A stretch of 64,000 nucleotides of DNA from NCBI RefSeq assembly GCF_963921235.1, contig NC_086097.1, positions 4,402,001 to 4,466,000 of the forward strand, in the 5' to 3' direction. Position 1 is the first letter of the stretch, and every line of letters begins with the position of its first letter. Of this stretch, positions 30,501 through 44,100 are shown in pieces. The notes beneath the pieces were generated by a model that saw nothing but the letters and a program-made list of their open reading frames with translations, searched no databases and was not told where the DNA came from. A program made the position numbers and the translations under genes. This DNA is from Mobula hypostoma. Its lineage: Eukaryota.

Positions 30501-33500
30501 TGAACAGGTCCTTCTCCTTGTTTTATCTAAACAAGTCCTTCAGAGAGAATGTAGACAGAACAGTCCCTGAACCGGTCCTTCAGATAGAACATAGACAGTA
30601 CAGTCACTGAACAGGTCCTTCAGATAGAACGTAGACGGTACAGTCCCTGAACAGGTCCTTCAGAGAGAACGTAGACAGTTCCGGCACTGAAAAGCTCCTT
30701 CAGGTCAAATATAGACGGTAAAGTCCCTGAACAGTTTCTTCACATAGAACGTAGGCAGTACTGTCCTTGTACAGGTCCTTCAGATTGAACGTAGACAGTA
30801 CAGACCATGAACATGTCCGCCAGTTAGAACACAGACCCTACAATCCCTGAACCGGTCCTTCAGATAGAACGTAGACAGTACAGGTCCTGAAAAGTTCCTT
30901 CAGGTCAAATATAGACAGTATAGTCCGTGAACAGGCCCTTCAGATAGAATATAGACGGTGCAGTCCTTGAACAGGTCCTTCAGATAGACCGTAGACAGTA
31001 CAGTCCCTGAACAGGTCCTTAAGATAGAACATGGACCGTACAGTCCCTGAACAGGCCCTTCAGATAGAACGTAGACAGAATAGTCCCTGAAGAGGTCCTG
31101 TTGTTAGAACGTAGACAGTACATCCACTGAACAGGTCCTTCAGATAGAATATACTCAGTACAGACCCTGAACAGGTCCTTAAGATAGAACGTAGACGGAA
31201 CAGTCCTTGAACATGTCCTTCAGATAGAACGTGGACAATACGTTCTGAACAGGTCTTCACCCTGTTCTATCTAAACAGGTCCTTCTGATAGAATGTAGAC
31301 AGAACAGTCCCTGAACCGGTCCTTCAGATAGAAAATAGAGAGTACAGTCCCTGTACAGGTCCTTCAGACAGAATTTTCTCAGTACAGCCCCTGAACAGAT
31401 CCTTCAGATAGAATGTAGACAGAACAGCCCCTGAACAGATCCTTCAGATAGAACGTGGACAGTACGTTCTAAACAGGTCTTCACCCTGTTCTATCTGATC
31501 AGGTCCTTCAACCTGTTCTATCGGAACAGGTCCTTCAGATAGAATATAGACAGAACAGTCCCTGAACAGGTCCTTCAGATAGAATGTAGACGCTACAGTC
31601 CCTGAACAGGTCATTCAGATAGAATGTAGACAGTACTGTCCCTGAACAGGTCATTCAGATAGAATGTAGAGAATACGTTCTGAACAGGTGTTCTACCTGT
31701 TCTATCTGAACAGGTCCTTCTCCTTGTTCTATCTAAACAGGTCCTTCAGATAGAATGTAGACAGAATAGTCCCTGAAGAGGTCTTTCAGAGAGAACATGG
31801 ACAGTACAGTCCCTGAACAGGTCCTTCAGATAGAACACCGACAGTACAGACCCTTCAGAGAGCACGTAGATGGTACGTTCCCTAAACATGTTCTTCAGAT
31901 ATCAGGTAGACAGTAGAGCCCCTGAACAGGCCCTACAGATAGAACGTAGAGAGTACAGTCCCTGTACAGGTCCTTCAGACAGAATGTTCGCAGTACAGAC
32001 CCTGAACAGGTCCTTCAGATAGCACGTCGATGGTACGGTCCCTGAACAGGTCCTTCAGAAAAACTGTACTCAGTACAGCACCTGAACAGGTCCTTCAGAT
32101 AGAGCGTAGACAGTACTGTCCTTGTATACATCCATCACATAGAACGTAGACGGTAAAGACCCTGAACAGGTCCTGCAGATAGAACAAAGACAGTACAGTC
32201 CCTGAATAGGCCCTTCAGATAGAACATAGACAGTACAGACCCTGAATAGGCCCTTCAGATAGATCGTAGGCAGTACAGACCCTGAACAGTCCCTTCAGAT
32301 AGATCGTAGACAGGACAATCCCTGAACAGGTCCTTCAGATAAAACATACACAGTACAGCCCTGAACAGGTCTTGCAGTTAGAACGTAGACAGTACATCCA
32401 CTGAACAGGTCCTTCAGATAGATCGTAGGTAATACAGTCCCTGAACAGGTCCTTCAGATAGAACGTAGACAGTACAGACCCTGAACATGTCCAGCACTTA
32501 GAACACAGACACTACAGTCCCTGAACAGGTCCTTCAGATAGAACACAGACAGTACAGACCCTTCAGAGAGCACGTAGATGGTACATTCCCTAAACATGTT
32601 CTTCAGACATAAGGTAGACAGTAGAGTCCCTAAACAGGCCCTACAGATAGAACGTTGACGGTACGGTCCCTGAACAGGTCCTTCAGATAGAACATAGAGA
32701 GTACAGTCCATGTACAGGTCCTTCAGACAGAATTTTCTCAGTACAGCCCCTGAACAGATCCTTCAGATAGAACGTGGACAGTACGTTCTAAACAGGTTTT
32801 CACCCAGTTCTATCTGAACAAGTCCTTCAACCTGTTCTATCGGAACAGGTCCTTCAGATAGAATGTACACAGAACAGTCCCTGAACAGGACATTCAGATA
32901 GAACGTAGACACAATAGTTCCTGAAGATGTCCTTCAGAGAGAACAGGGACAGTACAGTCCCTGAACAGGTCCTTCAGATAGAACTTAGACAATACAGTCC
33001 CTGAACAGGTCCTTCAGATAGAAGGTAGACAGTACAGTTCCTGAACAGTTCCTTCAGATAGATCGTCGACAGTACAGTCCCTGAACAGGTCATTCAGATA
33101 GAACGTAGACAGTACAGTCCCTGAACAGGTCATTCAGGTAGAACGTAGACAATGCGTTCTGAACAGGTCTCCTACCTGTTCTATCTGAACAGGTTCCTTC
33201 TCCCTGTTCTATCTAAACAGGTCCTTCAGATAGAATATAGACAGAACAGTCCTTGAACCAGTCCTTCAGATAGAACGCAGACAGTACAGTCCCTGAACAA
33301 ATTCTTCAGATAAATCGTAGACAGTACAGCCGCTGAACAGGTCTTTCAGATAGAACGTAGACCGTACATTCCCTGAACAGGTCCTTCAGATAGAACGTAG
33401 ACAGTACAGTCCCTGAACAGGTCCTTCAGAAAGAACGCAGACAGTATTGTCCCTGAACAGGTCCTTCAGATAGAACATAGACAGTACAGTCCCTGAACAG

Positions 33501-36500
33501 GTCCTTTAGATAGAACGTAGAGAGCACAGTTCTGAACAGGTCTTTCAGATAGGACGTAGACAGTACAGTGCCTGATTAGGTCCTTGAGATAGGACGTAGA
33601 CAGTGCAGTCCCTGAACTGGTCTTTCAGATAGAATGTAGACGGTACAGTCTCTGAACAGTTCCTTCAGATAGAACGTAGACAGTACTGTCCTTGTACACG
33701 TCCATCAGATAGAACGTAGACAGTAAAGACCCTGAACAGGTCCGCCAGATAGAACAAAGACAGTACAGTCCCTGAATAGGCCCTTCAGATAGAACATAGA
33801 CAGTACAGTCCCTGAACAGGTCCTTCAGATGGAACGTAGACAGTACAGACCCTGAACAGGCCCTTCAGATAGACCGTAGACAGTATAGACCCTGACCTGG
33901 CCCTTCAGATAGATCGTAGGCAGTACAGACCCTGAACAGTCCCTTCAGATAGATCGTAGAGGCCCTTCAGATAGACCGTAGACAGTATAGACCCTGACCT
34001 GGCCCTTCAGATAGATCGTAGGCAGTACAGACCCTGAACAGTCCCTTCAGATAGATCGTAGACAGGACAATCCCTGAACAGGTCCTTCAGATAAAACGTA
34101 GACAGTACAGCCCTGAACAGGTCTTGCAGTTAGAATGTAGACAGTACATCCACTGAACAGGTCCTTCAGATAGATCGTAGATCATACAGTCCCTGAACAG
34201 GTCCTTCAGATAGAACGTAGACAGTACAGGTCCTGAACAGGTCCTTCAGAAAGAACGTAGACAGTACAGTCCCTGTACAGGTCTTCAGACAGAATGTACT
34301 CAGTACAGCCCCTGAACAGGTCCTTCAGATAGAACATAGACGGTACAGTCCCTGAACAGGTCCTTCAGAAAGAACGTAGACAGTACAGTCCCTGTACAGG
34401 TCTTCAGACAGAATGTACTCAGTACAGCCCCTGAACAGGTCCTTCAGATAGAACATAGACGGTACAGTCCCTGAACAGGTCCTTCAGATAGAATGTAGAC
34501 AGTACACTCCCTGAACCGGTCCTTCAGATATAACGTGGACAGTACAGTCCCTGAACAGATCCTTCAGATAGAACGTAGACAGTACTGTCCTTGTACACGT
34601 CCATCACATAGAACGTAGACAGTAAAGACCCTGAACAGGTCCTTCAGATAGAACAAAGACGGTACAGTCCCTGAATAGGCCCTTGAGATAGAACATAGAC
34701 AGAACAGTCCCTGAACAGGTCCATCAGATAGAAATTAGACAGTACAGTGCCTGAACAGGTCCTTAAGGTAGAATGTAGACAGTACAGTGCCTGATTAGGT
34801 CCTTGAGATAGGACGTAGACAGTACAGTCCCTGAACTGGTCCTTCATATAGAACGTAGACGGTACAGTCTCTGAACAGTTCCTTCAGATAGAACGTAGAC
34901 AGTACTGTTCTTGTACACGTCCATCAGATAGAACGTAGACAGTAAAGACCCTGAACAGATCCTTCAGATAGAACAAAGACAGTACAGTCCCTGAATATGC
35001 CCTTGAGATAGAACATAGACAGTACAGACCCTGAACAGTCCCTACAGATAGATCGTAGACAGGACAATCCCTGAACAGGTCCTTCAGATAGAACGTAGAC
35101 AGTACAGTCCCTGAACAGGTCTTGCAGTTAGAACGTAGACAGTACATCCACTGAACAGGTCCTTCAGATTGAAAGTAGACAGTACTGTCCCTGAACAGTT
35201 CATTCAGATAGAACGTAGACAATACGTTCTGAACAGGTCTTCCACCTGTTCTATCTGAACAGGTCCTTCTCCCTGTTCTATCTAAACAGGTCCTTCAGAT
35301 AGAATGTAGGCAGAAAAGTCCCTGAAACGGTCCTTCAGATAGAACGTAGACAAGCCATTCCCTGAACAAATTCTTCAGATAAATCGTAGACAGTACAGCT
35401 GCTGAACGGCCTTTCAGATAGAACGTAGACCGTACAGTCCCTGAACGGGTCCTTCAGATAGAATGTAGACAGTACAGGCCCTGAAAAGTTCCTTCAGGTC
35501 AAATATAGACGGTACAGTCCCTGAAAAGGTCCTTCAGATATAACAAAGACAGTACAGTCCGTGAACAGGCCCTTCAGAGATAACTTAAATGGTACGGTCC
35601 CTGAACAGGTTCTTCAGATAGAAGGTAGACAGTACAGACCCTAAACAGGCCCTTCAGATAGAACATAGACGGTACAGTCCCTGAACAGGTCATGCTGTTA
35701 GAACGTAGACATTACATCCACTGAACAGGTCCTTCAGATAGAATATACTCAGTACAGACCCTGAACAGGTCCTTAAGATAGAACATAGAAGGTACAATCT
35801 CTGAACAGATCATTCAGATAAAACGTAGACAGTACAGTCCCTGAACAGGTCATTCAGATAGAACGTAGACAGTACGTTCTGAACAGGTCTCCTACCTGTT
35901 CTATCTGAACAGGTCCTTCTCCTTGTTTTATCTAAACAAGTCCTTCAGAGAGAATGTAGACAGAACAGTCCCTGAACCGGTCCTTCAGATAGAACATAGA
36001 CAGTACAGTCACTGAACAGGTCCTTCAGATAGAACGTAGACGGTACAGTCCCTGAACAGGTCCTTCAGAGAGAACGTAGACAGTTCCGGCACTGAAAAGC
36101 TCCTTCAGGTCAAATATAGACGGTAAAGTCCCTGAACAGTTTCTTCACATAGAACGTAGGCAGTACTGTCCTTGTACAGGTCCTTCAGATTGAACGTAGA
36201 CAGTACAGACCATGAACATGTCCGCCAGTTAGAACACAGACCCTACAATCCCTGAACCGGTCCTTCAGATAGAACGTAGACAGTACAGGTCCTGAAAAGT
36301 TCCTTCAGGTCAAATATAGACAGTACAGTCCGTGAACAGGCCCTTCAGATAGAATATAGACGGTGCAGTCCTTGAACAGGTCCTTCAGATAGACCGTAGA
36401 CAGTACAGTCCCTGAACAGGTCCTTAAGATAGAACATGGACCGTACAGTCCCTGAACAGGCCCTTCAGATAGAACGTAGACAGAATAGTCCCTGAAGAGG

Positions 36501-37355
36501 TCCTGTTGTTAGAACGTAGACAGTACATCCACTGAACAGGTCCTTCAGATAGAATATACTCAGTACAGACCCTGAACAGGTCCTTAAGATAGAACGTAGA
36601 CGGTACAGTCCCTGAACAGGTCCTTCAGATAGAATATAGACGGAACAGTCCTTGAACATGTCCTTCAGATAGAACGTGGACAATACGTTCTGAACAGGTC
36701 TTCACCCTGTTCTATCTAAACAGGTCCTTCTGATAGAATGTAGACAGAACAGTCCCTGAACCGGTCCTTCAGATAGAAAATAGAGAGTACAGTCCCTGTA
36801 CAGGTCCTTCAGACAGAATTTTCTCAGTACAGCCCCTGAACAGATCCTTCAGATAGAATGTAGACAGAACAGCCCCTGAACAGATCCTTCAGATAGAACG
36901 TGGACAGTACGTTCTAAACAGGTCTTCACCCTGTTCTATCTGATCAGGTCCTTCAACCTGTTCTATCGGAACAGGTCCTTCAGATAGAATATAGACAGAA
37001 CAGTCCCTGAACAGGTCCTTCAGATAGAATGTAGACGCTACAGTCCCTGAACAGGTCATTCAGATAGAATGTAGACAGTACTGTCCCTGAACAGGTCATT
37101 CAGATAGAATGTAGAGAATACGTTCTGAACAGGTGTTCTACCTGTTCTATCTGAACAGGTCCTTCTCCTTGTTCTATCTAAACAGGTCCTTCAGATAGAA
37201 TGTAGACAGAATAGTCCCTGAAGAGGTCTTTCAGAGAGAACATGGACAGTACAGTCCCTGAACAGGTCCTTCAGATAGAACACCGACAGTACAGACCCTT
37301 CAGAGAGCACGTAGATGGTACGTTCCCTAAACATGTTCTTCAGATATCAGGTAGA
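9600..37355. repeat. Higher-order repeat domain of the satellite (basic unit 5875 bp, about 147 monomers, with shorter variant units)
   Basis: Identical spurious ORFs recur at 12257/18133/24008/28769 and 16727/22602/27363/36465. The diagnostic variant GATATCAGGTAGA is at 17605, 23480, 28241, 31898 and 37343 (spacings 5875, 4761, 3657, 5445). Confidence 0.93.
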
Positions 37356-37387
37356 TCATACAGTCCCTGAACAGGCCCTTCAGAGAT

Positions 37388-38182
37388 AACATAGAAACAT
37401 AGAAAATAGGTGCAGGAGTAGGCCATTCGGCCCTTCGAGCCTGCACCACCATTTATTATGATCATGGCTGATCATCCAACTCAGAACCCAGCCTTCCCTC
37501 CATACCCCCTGACCCCTGTAGCCACAAGGGCCATATCTAACTTCCTTTTAAACATAGCTAATGAACTGGCTTCAACAGTTTGCTGTGGCAGAGAATTCCA
37601 CAGATTCACCACTCTCTGTGTGAAGAAGTTTTTCCTAACCTCGGTCCTAAAAGGCTTCCCCTCTATCCTCAAACTGTGACCCCTCGTTCTAGACCTCCCC
37701 AACATCGGGAACAATCTTCCTGCATCTAGCCTGTCCAATCCCTTTAGGATCTTATACGTTTCAATCAGATCCCCCCTCAATCTTCTAAATTCCAACGAGT
37801 ACAAGCCCAGTTCATCCAGTCTTTCTTCATATGAAAGACCTGCCATCCCAGGAATCAATCTGGTGAACCTTCTTTGTACTCCCTCTATGGCAAAGATGTC
37901 TTTCCTCAGATTAGGGGACCAAAACTGCACACAATACTCCAGGTGTGGTCTCACCAAGGCCTTGTACAACTGCAGTAGTACCTCCCTGCTCCTGTACTCG
38001 AATCCTCTCGCTATAAATGCCAGCATACCGTTCGCCTTTTTCACCGCCTGCTGTACCTGCATGCCCACTTTCAATGACTGGTGTATAATGACACCCAGGT
38101 CTCGTTGCACCTCCCCTTTTCCTAATCGGCCACCATTCAGATAATAATCTGTTTTCCTATTTTTGCCACCAAAGTGGATAAC
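37388..38182 (-). mobile_element. 5'-truncated CR1-clade LINE (3' end of ORF2, 3' UTR, short octamer tail)
   Basis: Minus strand encodes VIHFGGKNRK...QRDLGVII...LYKALVRPHLEYCVQFWSP...LEFRRLRGDLIETYKI...RTRGHSL...FFTQRVVNLWNSLP, typical of the CR1 ORF2 C-terminus. The tail reads ACATAGAAACATAGAA on +. GATAAC lies at both junctions (37385-37390, 38177-38182). Confidence 0.95.
37481..38182 (-). pseudogene. C-terminal fragment of CR1 ORF2 (C-terminal region, RT core truncated away), open across the whole insert but lacking its 5' part
   Basis: The ORF track gives 37481..38110; manual translation extends it without a stop to 38182 (VIHFGGKNRKTDYYLNGGRLGKGEVQRDL). Confidence 0.9.
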
Positions 38183-41100
38183 GTAGATGGTACGGTCCCT
38201 GAACAGGTTCTTCAGATAGCACGTCGATAGTACGGTACCTGAACAGGTCCTTCAGAAAAACTGTACTCAGTCCAGCCCCTGAACAGGTCCTTCAGATAGA
38301 ACGTAGACAGTACTGTCCTTGTACACGTCCATCACATAGAACGTAGACAGTAAAGACCCTGAACAGGTCCTTCAGATAGAACAAAAACAGTACAGTCCCT
38401 GAATAGGCCCTTCAGAGAGAACATAGACAGTACAGTCCCTGAATAGGCCTTTCAGATAGAACATAGACAGTACAGACCCTGAACAGTTCCTTCAGATAGA
38501 TTGTAGACAGGACAATCCCTGAACAGGTCCTTCAGATAAAACATAGACAGTACAGCCCTGAACAGGTCTTGCAGTTTGAACGTAGACAGTACATCCACTG
38601 AACAGGTCCTTCAGATAGATCGTAAATCATACAGTCCCTGAATAGGCCCTTCAGATAGAAAGTTGACAGTACGGCCCCTGTATAGGCCCTTCAGATAGAA
38701 CATAGACAGTACAGTCTCTGAACAGATCATTCAGATAAAACGTAGACAGTACAGTCCCTGAACAGGTCCTTCAGATAGAACAAAGACAGTACAGTACAGT
38801 CCCTGAACAGGTCCTTCAGAAAGAACGAAGACAGTACAGTCCAATGAACAGATCCTTCAGATTGAAAGCACACAGTACTGTCCCTGAACATTTCATTCAG
38901 ATAGAACGTAGACAGTACAGGTCCTGAAAAGTTCCTTCAGGTCAAATATAGACGGTACAGTCGCTGAACAGGTCCTTCAGATAGAATAAAGACAGTACAG
39001 TCCGTGAACAGGCCCTTCAGAGATAACTTAGATGGTACGGTCCCTGAACAGGTTCTTCAGATAGAAGGTAGACAGTACAGACCTTAAACAGGCCATTCAG
39101 ATAGAACATAGACGGTACTGTCCCTGAACAGGTCCTTCAGATAGAACGTAGACAGTACAGTCCCTTAACAGGTCCTTCAGAAAGAACGTAGACAGTACAG
39201 TCCCTGTACAGGTCTTTCAGACAGAATGTACTCAGTACAGCCCTTGAAGAGGTCCTTCAGATAGCACGTCGATGGTACGGTCCCTGAACAGGTCCTTCAG
39301 ATAGAACGTAGACAGTACTGTCCTTGTACACGTCCATCACATAGAACGTAGACAGTAAAGACCCTGAACAGGTCCTTCAGATAGAACAAAGACAGTACAG
39401 TCCCTGAATAGGCCCTTCAGATAGAACATAGACAGTACATCCACTGAACAGGTCCTTCAGATAGATCGTAGATCATACAGTCCCTGAACAGGTCCTTCAG
39501 ATAGAACAAAGACAGTACAGTCCATGAACAGGCCCTTCAGAGATAACGTAGATGGTACAGTCCCTGAACAGGTTCTTCAGATAGCACGTCGATAGTACGG
39601 TACCTGAACAGGTCCTTCAGAAAAACTGTACTCAGTCCAGCCCCTGAACAGGTCCTTCAGATAGAACGTAGACAGTACTGTCCTTGTACACGTCCATCAC
39701 ATAGAACGTAGACAGTAAAGACCCTGAACAGGTCCTTCAGATAGAACAAAAACAGTACAGTCCCTGAATAGGCCCTTCAGAGAGAACATAGACAGTACAG
39801 TCCCTGAATAGGCCTTTCAGATAGAACATAGACAGTACAGACCCTGAACAGTTCCTTCAGATAGATTGTAGACAGGACAATCCCTGAACAGGTCCTTCAG
39901 ATAAAACATAGACAGTACAGCCCTGAACAGGTCTTGCAGTTTGAACGTAGACAGTACATCCACTGAACAGGTCCTTCAGATAGATCGTAAATCATACAGT
40001 CCCTGAATAGGCCCTTCAGATAGAAAGTTGACAGTACGGCCCCTGTATAGGCCCTTCAGATAGAACATAGACAGTACAGTCTCTGAACAGATCATTCAGA
40101 TAAAACATAGACAGTACAGTCCCTGAACAGGTCACTCAGATAGAACTTAGACAGTACGTTCTGAACAGGTCTTCTACCTGTTCTATGTGAACAGGTCCTT
40201 CTCCCTGTTTTATCTAAACAGGTCCTTCAGAGAGAATGTAGACAGAATAGTCCCTGAACTGGTCCTTCCGATAGAACATAGGCAGTACAGTCCCTGAACA
40301 GATTCTTCAGATAGAACGTAGACGGTACAGTCCCTGAACAGGTCCTTCAGAGAGAACGTAGACAGTACCGGCCCTGAAAAGCTCCTTCAGGTCAAAGATA
40401 GACAGTAAAGTCCCTGAACAGTTTCTTCACATAGAACGTAGACAGTACTGTCCTTGTACAGGTCCTTCACATTGAACGTAGACAGTACAGACCATGAACA
40501 TGTCCGCCAGTTAGAACACAGACCCTACAATCCCTGAACTGGTGCTTCAGATAGAACAAAGACAGTACAGTCCCTGAACAGGCCCTTCAGATAGAACATA
40601 GACGGTACGGTCCCTGAACAGGTTCTTCAGATAGAACGTAGACAGTACAGTCCCTGAACATGTTCTTCAGATAGAACGTAGACAGTACAGCCCCTGAACA
40701 GGTCCTTCAGATAGAACGTAGATGGTACAGTCCCTGAACAGGTCCTTCAGAAAAACTGTACTCAGTACAGCCCCTGAACAGGTCCTTCAGATAGAACGTA
40801 GACGGTACAGTCCCTGAACAGGTCCTTCAGATAGACCGTAGACAGTACAGTCCCTGAACAGGTCCTTAAGACAGAACGTAGACAGAATAGTCCCTGAAGA
40901 GGTCCTTCAGAGAGAACATGGACAGTACAGTCCCTGAATATATACTTCAGATAGAACATAGACAGTACAGACCCTGAACAGGTCCTTAAGATAGAACGTG
41001 GACGGTACAGTCCCTGAACAGGTCATTCAGATAGAACATAGACAGTACTGTCCCTGAAGAGGTCATTCAGATAGAACGTAGACAATACGTTCTGAACAGG

Positions 41101-44100
41101 TCTTCTACCTGTTCAATCTGAACAGGTTCTTCTCCCTGTTTTATCTAAACAGGTCCCTCAGATAGAATGCAGACAGAACAGTCCCTGAACCGGTCCTTTG
41201 GATAGAACGTAGACAGTACAGTTCCTGAACAGGTCCTTCAGATAGAACATAGACATTTCAGTCCCTGAACAGGTCCTTCAGATAGAACGTAGATATTTCA
41301 GTCCCTGAATAGGCCCTTCAGATAGAACGTAGATATTTCAGTCCCTGAACAGGTCCTTCAGATAGAATGTAGACGGTACAGTCCCTGAACAGGTCCTTCA
41401 GATAGAACACAGACAGAACAGACCCTTCAGAGAGCACGTAGATGGTACGTTCCCTAAACATGTTCTTCAGACATAAGGTAGACAGTAGAGCCCCTGAACA
41501 GGCCCTACAGATAGAACGTAGACGGTACGGTCCCTGAACAGGTCCTTCAGATAGAACGTAGACAGCACAGCCCCTGAACATTTTCTTCAGATAGAACGTA
41601 GACAGTACAGTCCCAGAACAGGTCCTTCAGATAGAACTTAGACAATACAGTCCCTGAACAGGTCCTTCAGATAGAAGGTAGACAGTACAGTTCCTGAACA
41701 GTTCCTTCAGATAGATCGTAGACAGTACAATCCCTGAATAGGTCCTTTAGATAGAACGTAGACAGTACAGTCCCTGAACAGGTCGTTCAGATAGAACGTA
41801 GACAGTACAGTCCCTGAACAGGTTCTTCAGATAGAAGGTAGACAGTACAGACCATGAACAGGTCCGCCACTTAGAACACAGACACTATATTTCCTGAACC
41901 GGTCCTTCAGATAGAACAAAGACAGTACAGTCCCTGAACAGGCCCTTCAGAGAGAACGTAGATGGTACGGTAATTAAACAGGTTCTTCAGATAGAAGGTA
42001 GACAGTACAGACCATGAACAGGTCCGCCACTTAGAACACAGACACTATATTTCCTGAACCGGTCCTTCAGATAGAACAAAGACAGTACAGTCCCTGAACA
42101 GGCCCTTCAGAGAGAACGTAGATGGTACGGTAATTAAACAGGTTCTTCAGATAGAACGTAGACAGTACAGTCCCTGAACAGGTCCTTCAGAAAGAACGCA
42201 GACAGTATTGACCCTGAACAGGTCCTTCAGATAGAACATAGACAGTAAAGACCCTGAACAGGTCCGCCAGATAGAACAAAGACAGTACAGCCGCTGAACA
42301 GGCCCTTCAGATAGAACATGGACAGTACAGTCCCTGAACAGTTACTTCAGATAGAAGGTAGACAGTACAGACCCTGAATAAGCCCTTCAGATAGAACATA
42401 GACGGTACGGTCCCTGAACAGCTCCTTCAGATGGAACGTGGACAGTACATTCCCTGAACAGGTCCTTCAGATAGAACTTAGACAATACAGTCCCTGAACA
42501 GGTCCTTCAGATAGAACGTAGACAGTACAGTCCCTGAACAGGTCCTTCAGATAGAACGTAGACAATACGTTCTGAACAGGTCTTCTACCTGTTCTATCTG
42601 AACAGGTCCTTCTCCCTATTCTATCTAAACAGGTCCTTCAGATAGAACGTAGACAGTACACTCCCTGAACAAATTCTTCGGATAAATCGTAGACAGTACA
42701 GCCGTTGAACAGGCCCTTCAGATAGAACATAAACGGTACAGTCCCTGAACAGGTCCTTCAGATGGAACGTAGACAGTACAGTCCCTGAACAGGTCATTCA
42801 GAAAGAACGTAGACAGTACAGTCCCTGTACAGGTCCTTCAGACAGAATGTACTCTGTATAGCCCCTGAACAGGTCCTTCAGATAGCACGTCGATGGTACG
42901 GTCCCTGAACAGGTTCTTCAGAAAAAATGTAGACAGTACACTCCCTCAACAGGTCCTTCAGATAGAACGTAGACAGTACAGTCCCTGAACAGGTCTTTCA
43001 GATAGAACGTGGACAGTACAATCACTGTAAAGGGTACATCAGATAGAATGTACTCAGTATAGACCCTGAACAGTTCCTTAAGATAGAACGTAGACAGTAC
43101 AGTCTCTGAACAGGTCCTTCACTTAGAATGTACACAGTACTGCTCTTGTACAGGTCCTTCAGATAGAACGTAGACAGTACAGACAATGAACAGGTCCGCC
43201 CCTTAGAACACAGACACATTAGTCCCTGAACCGGTCCTTCAGATAGAACAAAGACAGTACAGTCCCTGAACAGGCCCTACAGAAAGAACGTAGATGGTAC
43301 TGTCCCTGAACAGGTTCTTCAGATAGAATGCAGACAGTACAGTCACTGTACAGGTCCATCAGATAGAATGTACTCAGTACAGACCCTGAACAGTTCCTTA
43401 AGATAGAACGTAGATGATACAGTCCCTGAACAGGTCGTTAAGATAGAACGTAGACAGTACAGTTCCTGAACAGTTCCTTCAGATAGATCGTAGACAGTAC
43501 AATCCCTGAATAGGTCCTTTGGATAGAACGTAGACAGTACAGTCCCTGAACAGGTCATTCAGATAGAACGTAGACAATACGTTCTGAACAGGTCTCCTAC
43601 CTGTTCTATCTGAACAGGTCCTTCTCCCTGTTCTATCTAAACAGGTCCTTCAGATAGAATGTAGACAGAACAGTCCCTGAACAGGTCCTTCAGATAGAAC
43701 GTAGACAGTACAGTCCCTGAACAGGTCCTTCAGATAGAACGTAGACAGTACAGTCCCTGAACAGGTCCTTAAGATAGAACGTGGACAGTACAGTCCCTGA
43801 ACAGGTCCTTCAGTTAGAACGTGGACAGTACGGTCCCTGAACAGGTCTTTCAGATAGAATGTAGACAGTACACTCCCTGAACAGGTCCTTCAGATAGAAC
43901 GTGGACAGTACAGTCACTGTACAGGTCCTTCAGATAGAATGTACTCATTACAGCCCCTGAACAGGTCCTTCAGGTAGAAAGTCGACTGTACAGTCCCTGA
44001 ACAGGTCCTTCAGATAGAACATAGACAGTACAGGCCCTGAAAAATTCCTTCACGTCAAATATAGACGGTACAGTCCCTGAACAGGTCCTTCAGATAGAAC

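Noticed and set aside
37385..37410. Origin of the satellite from a CR1 tail
   Set aside because: The similarity is limited to a short low-complexity ATAGAAC motif, too little to support homology
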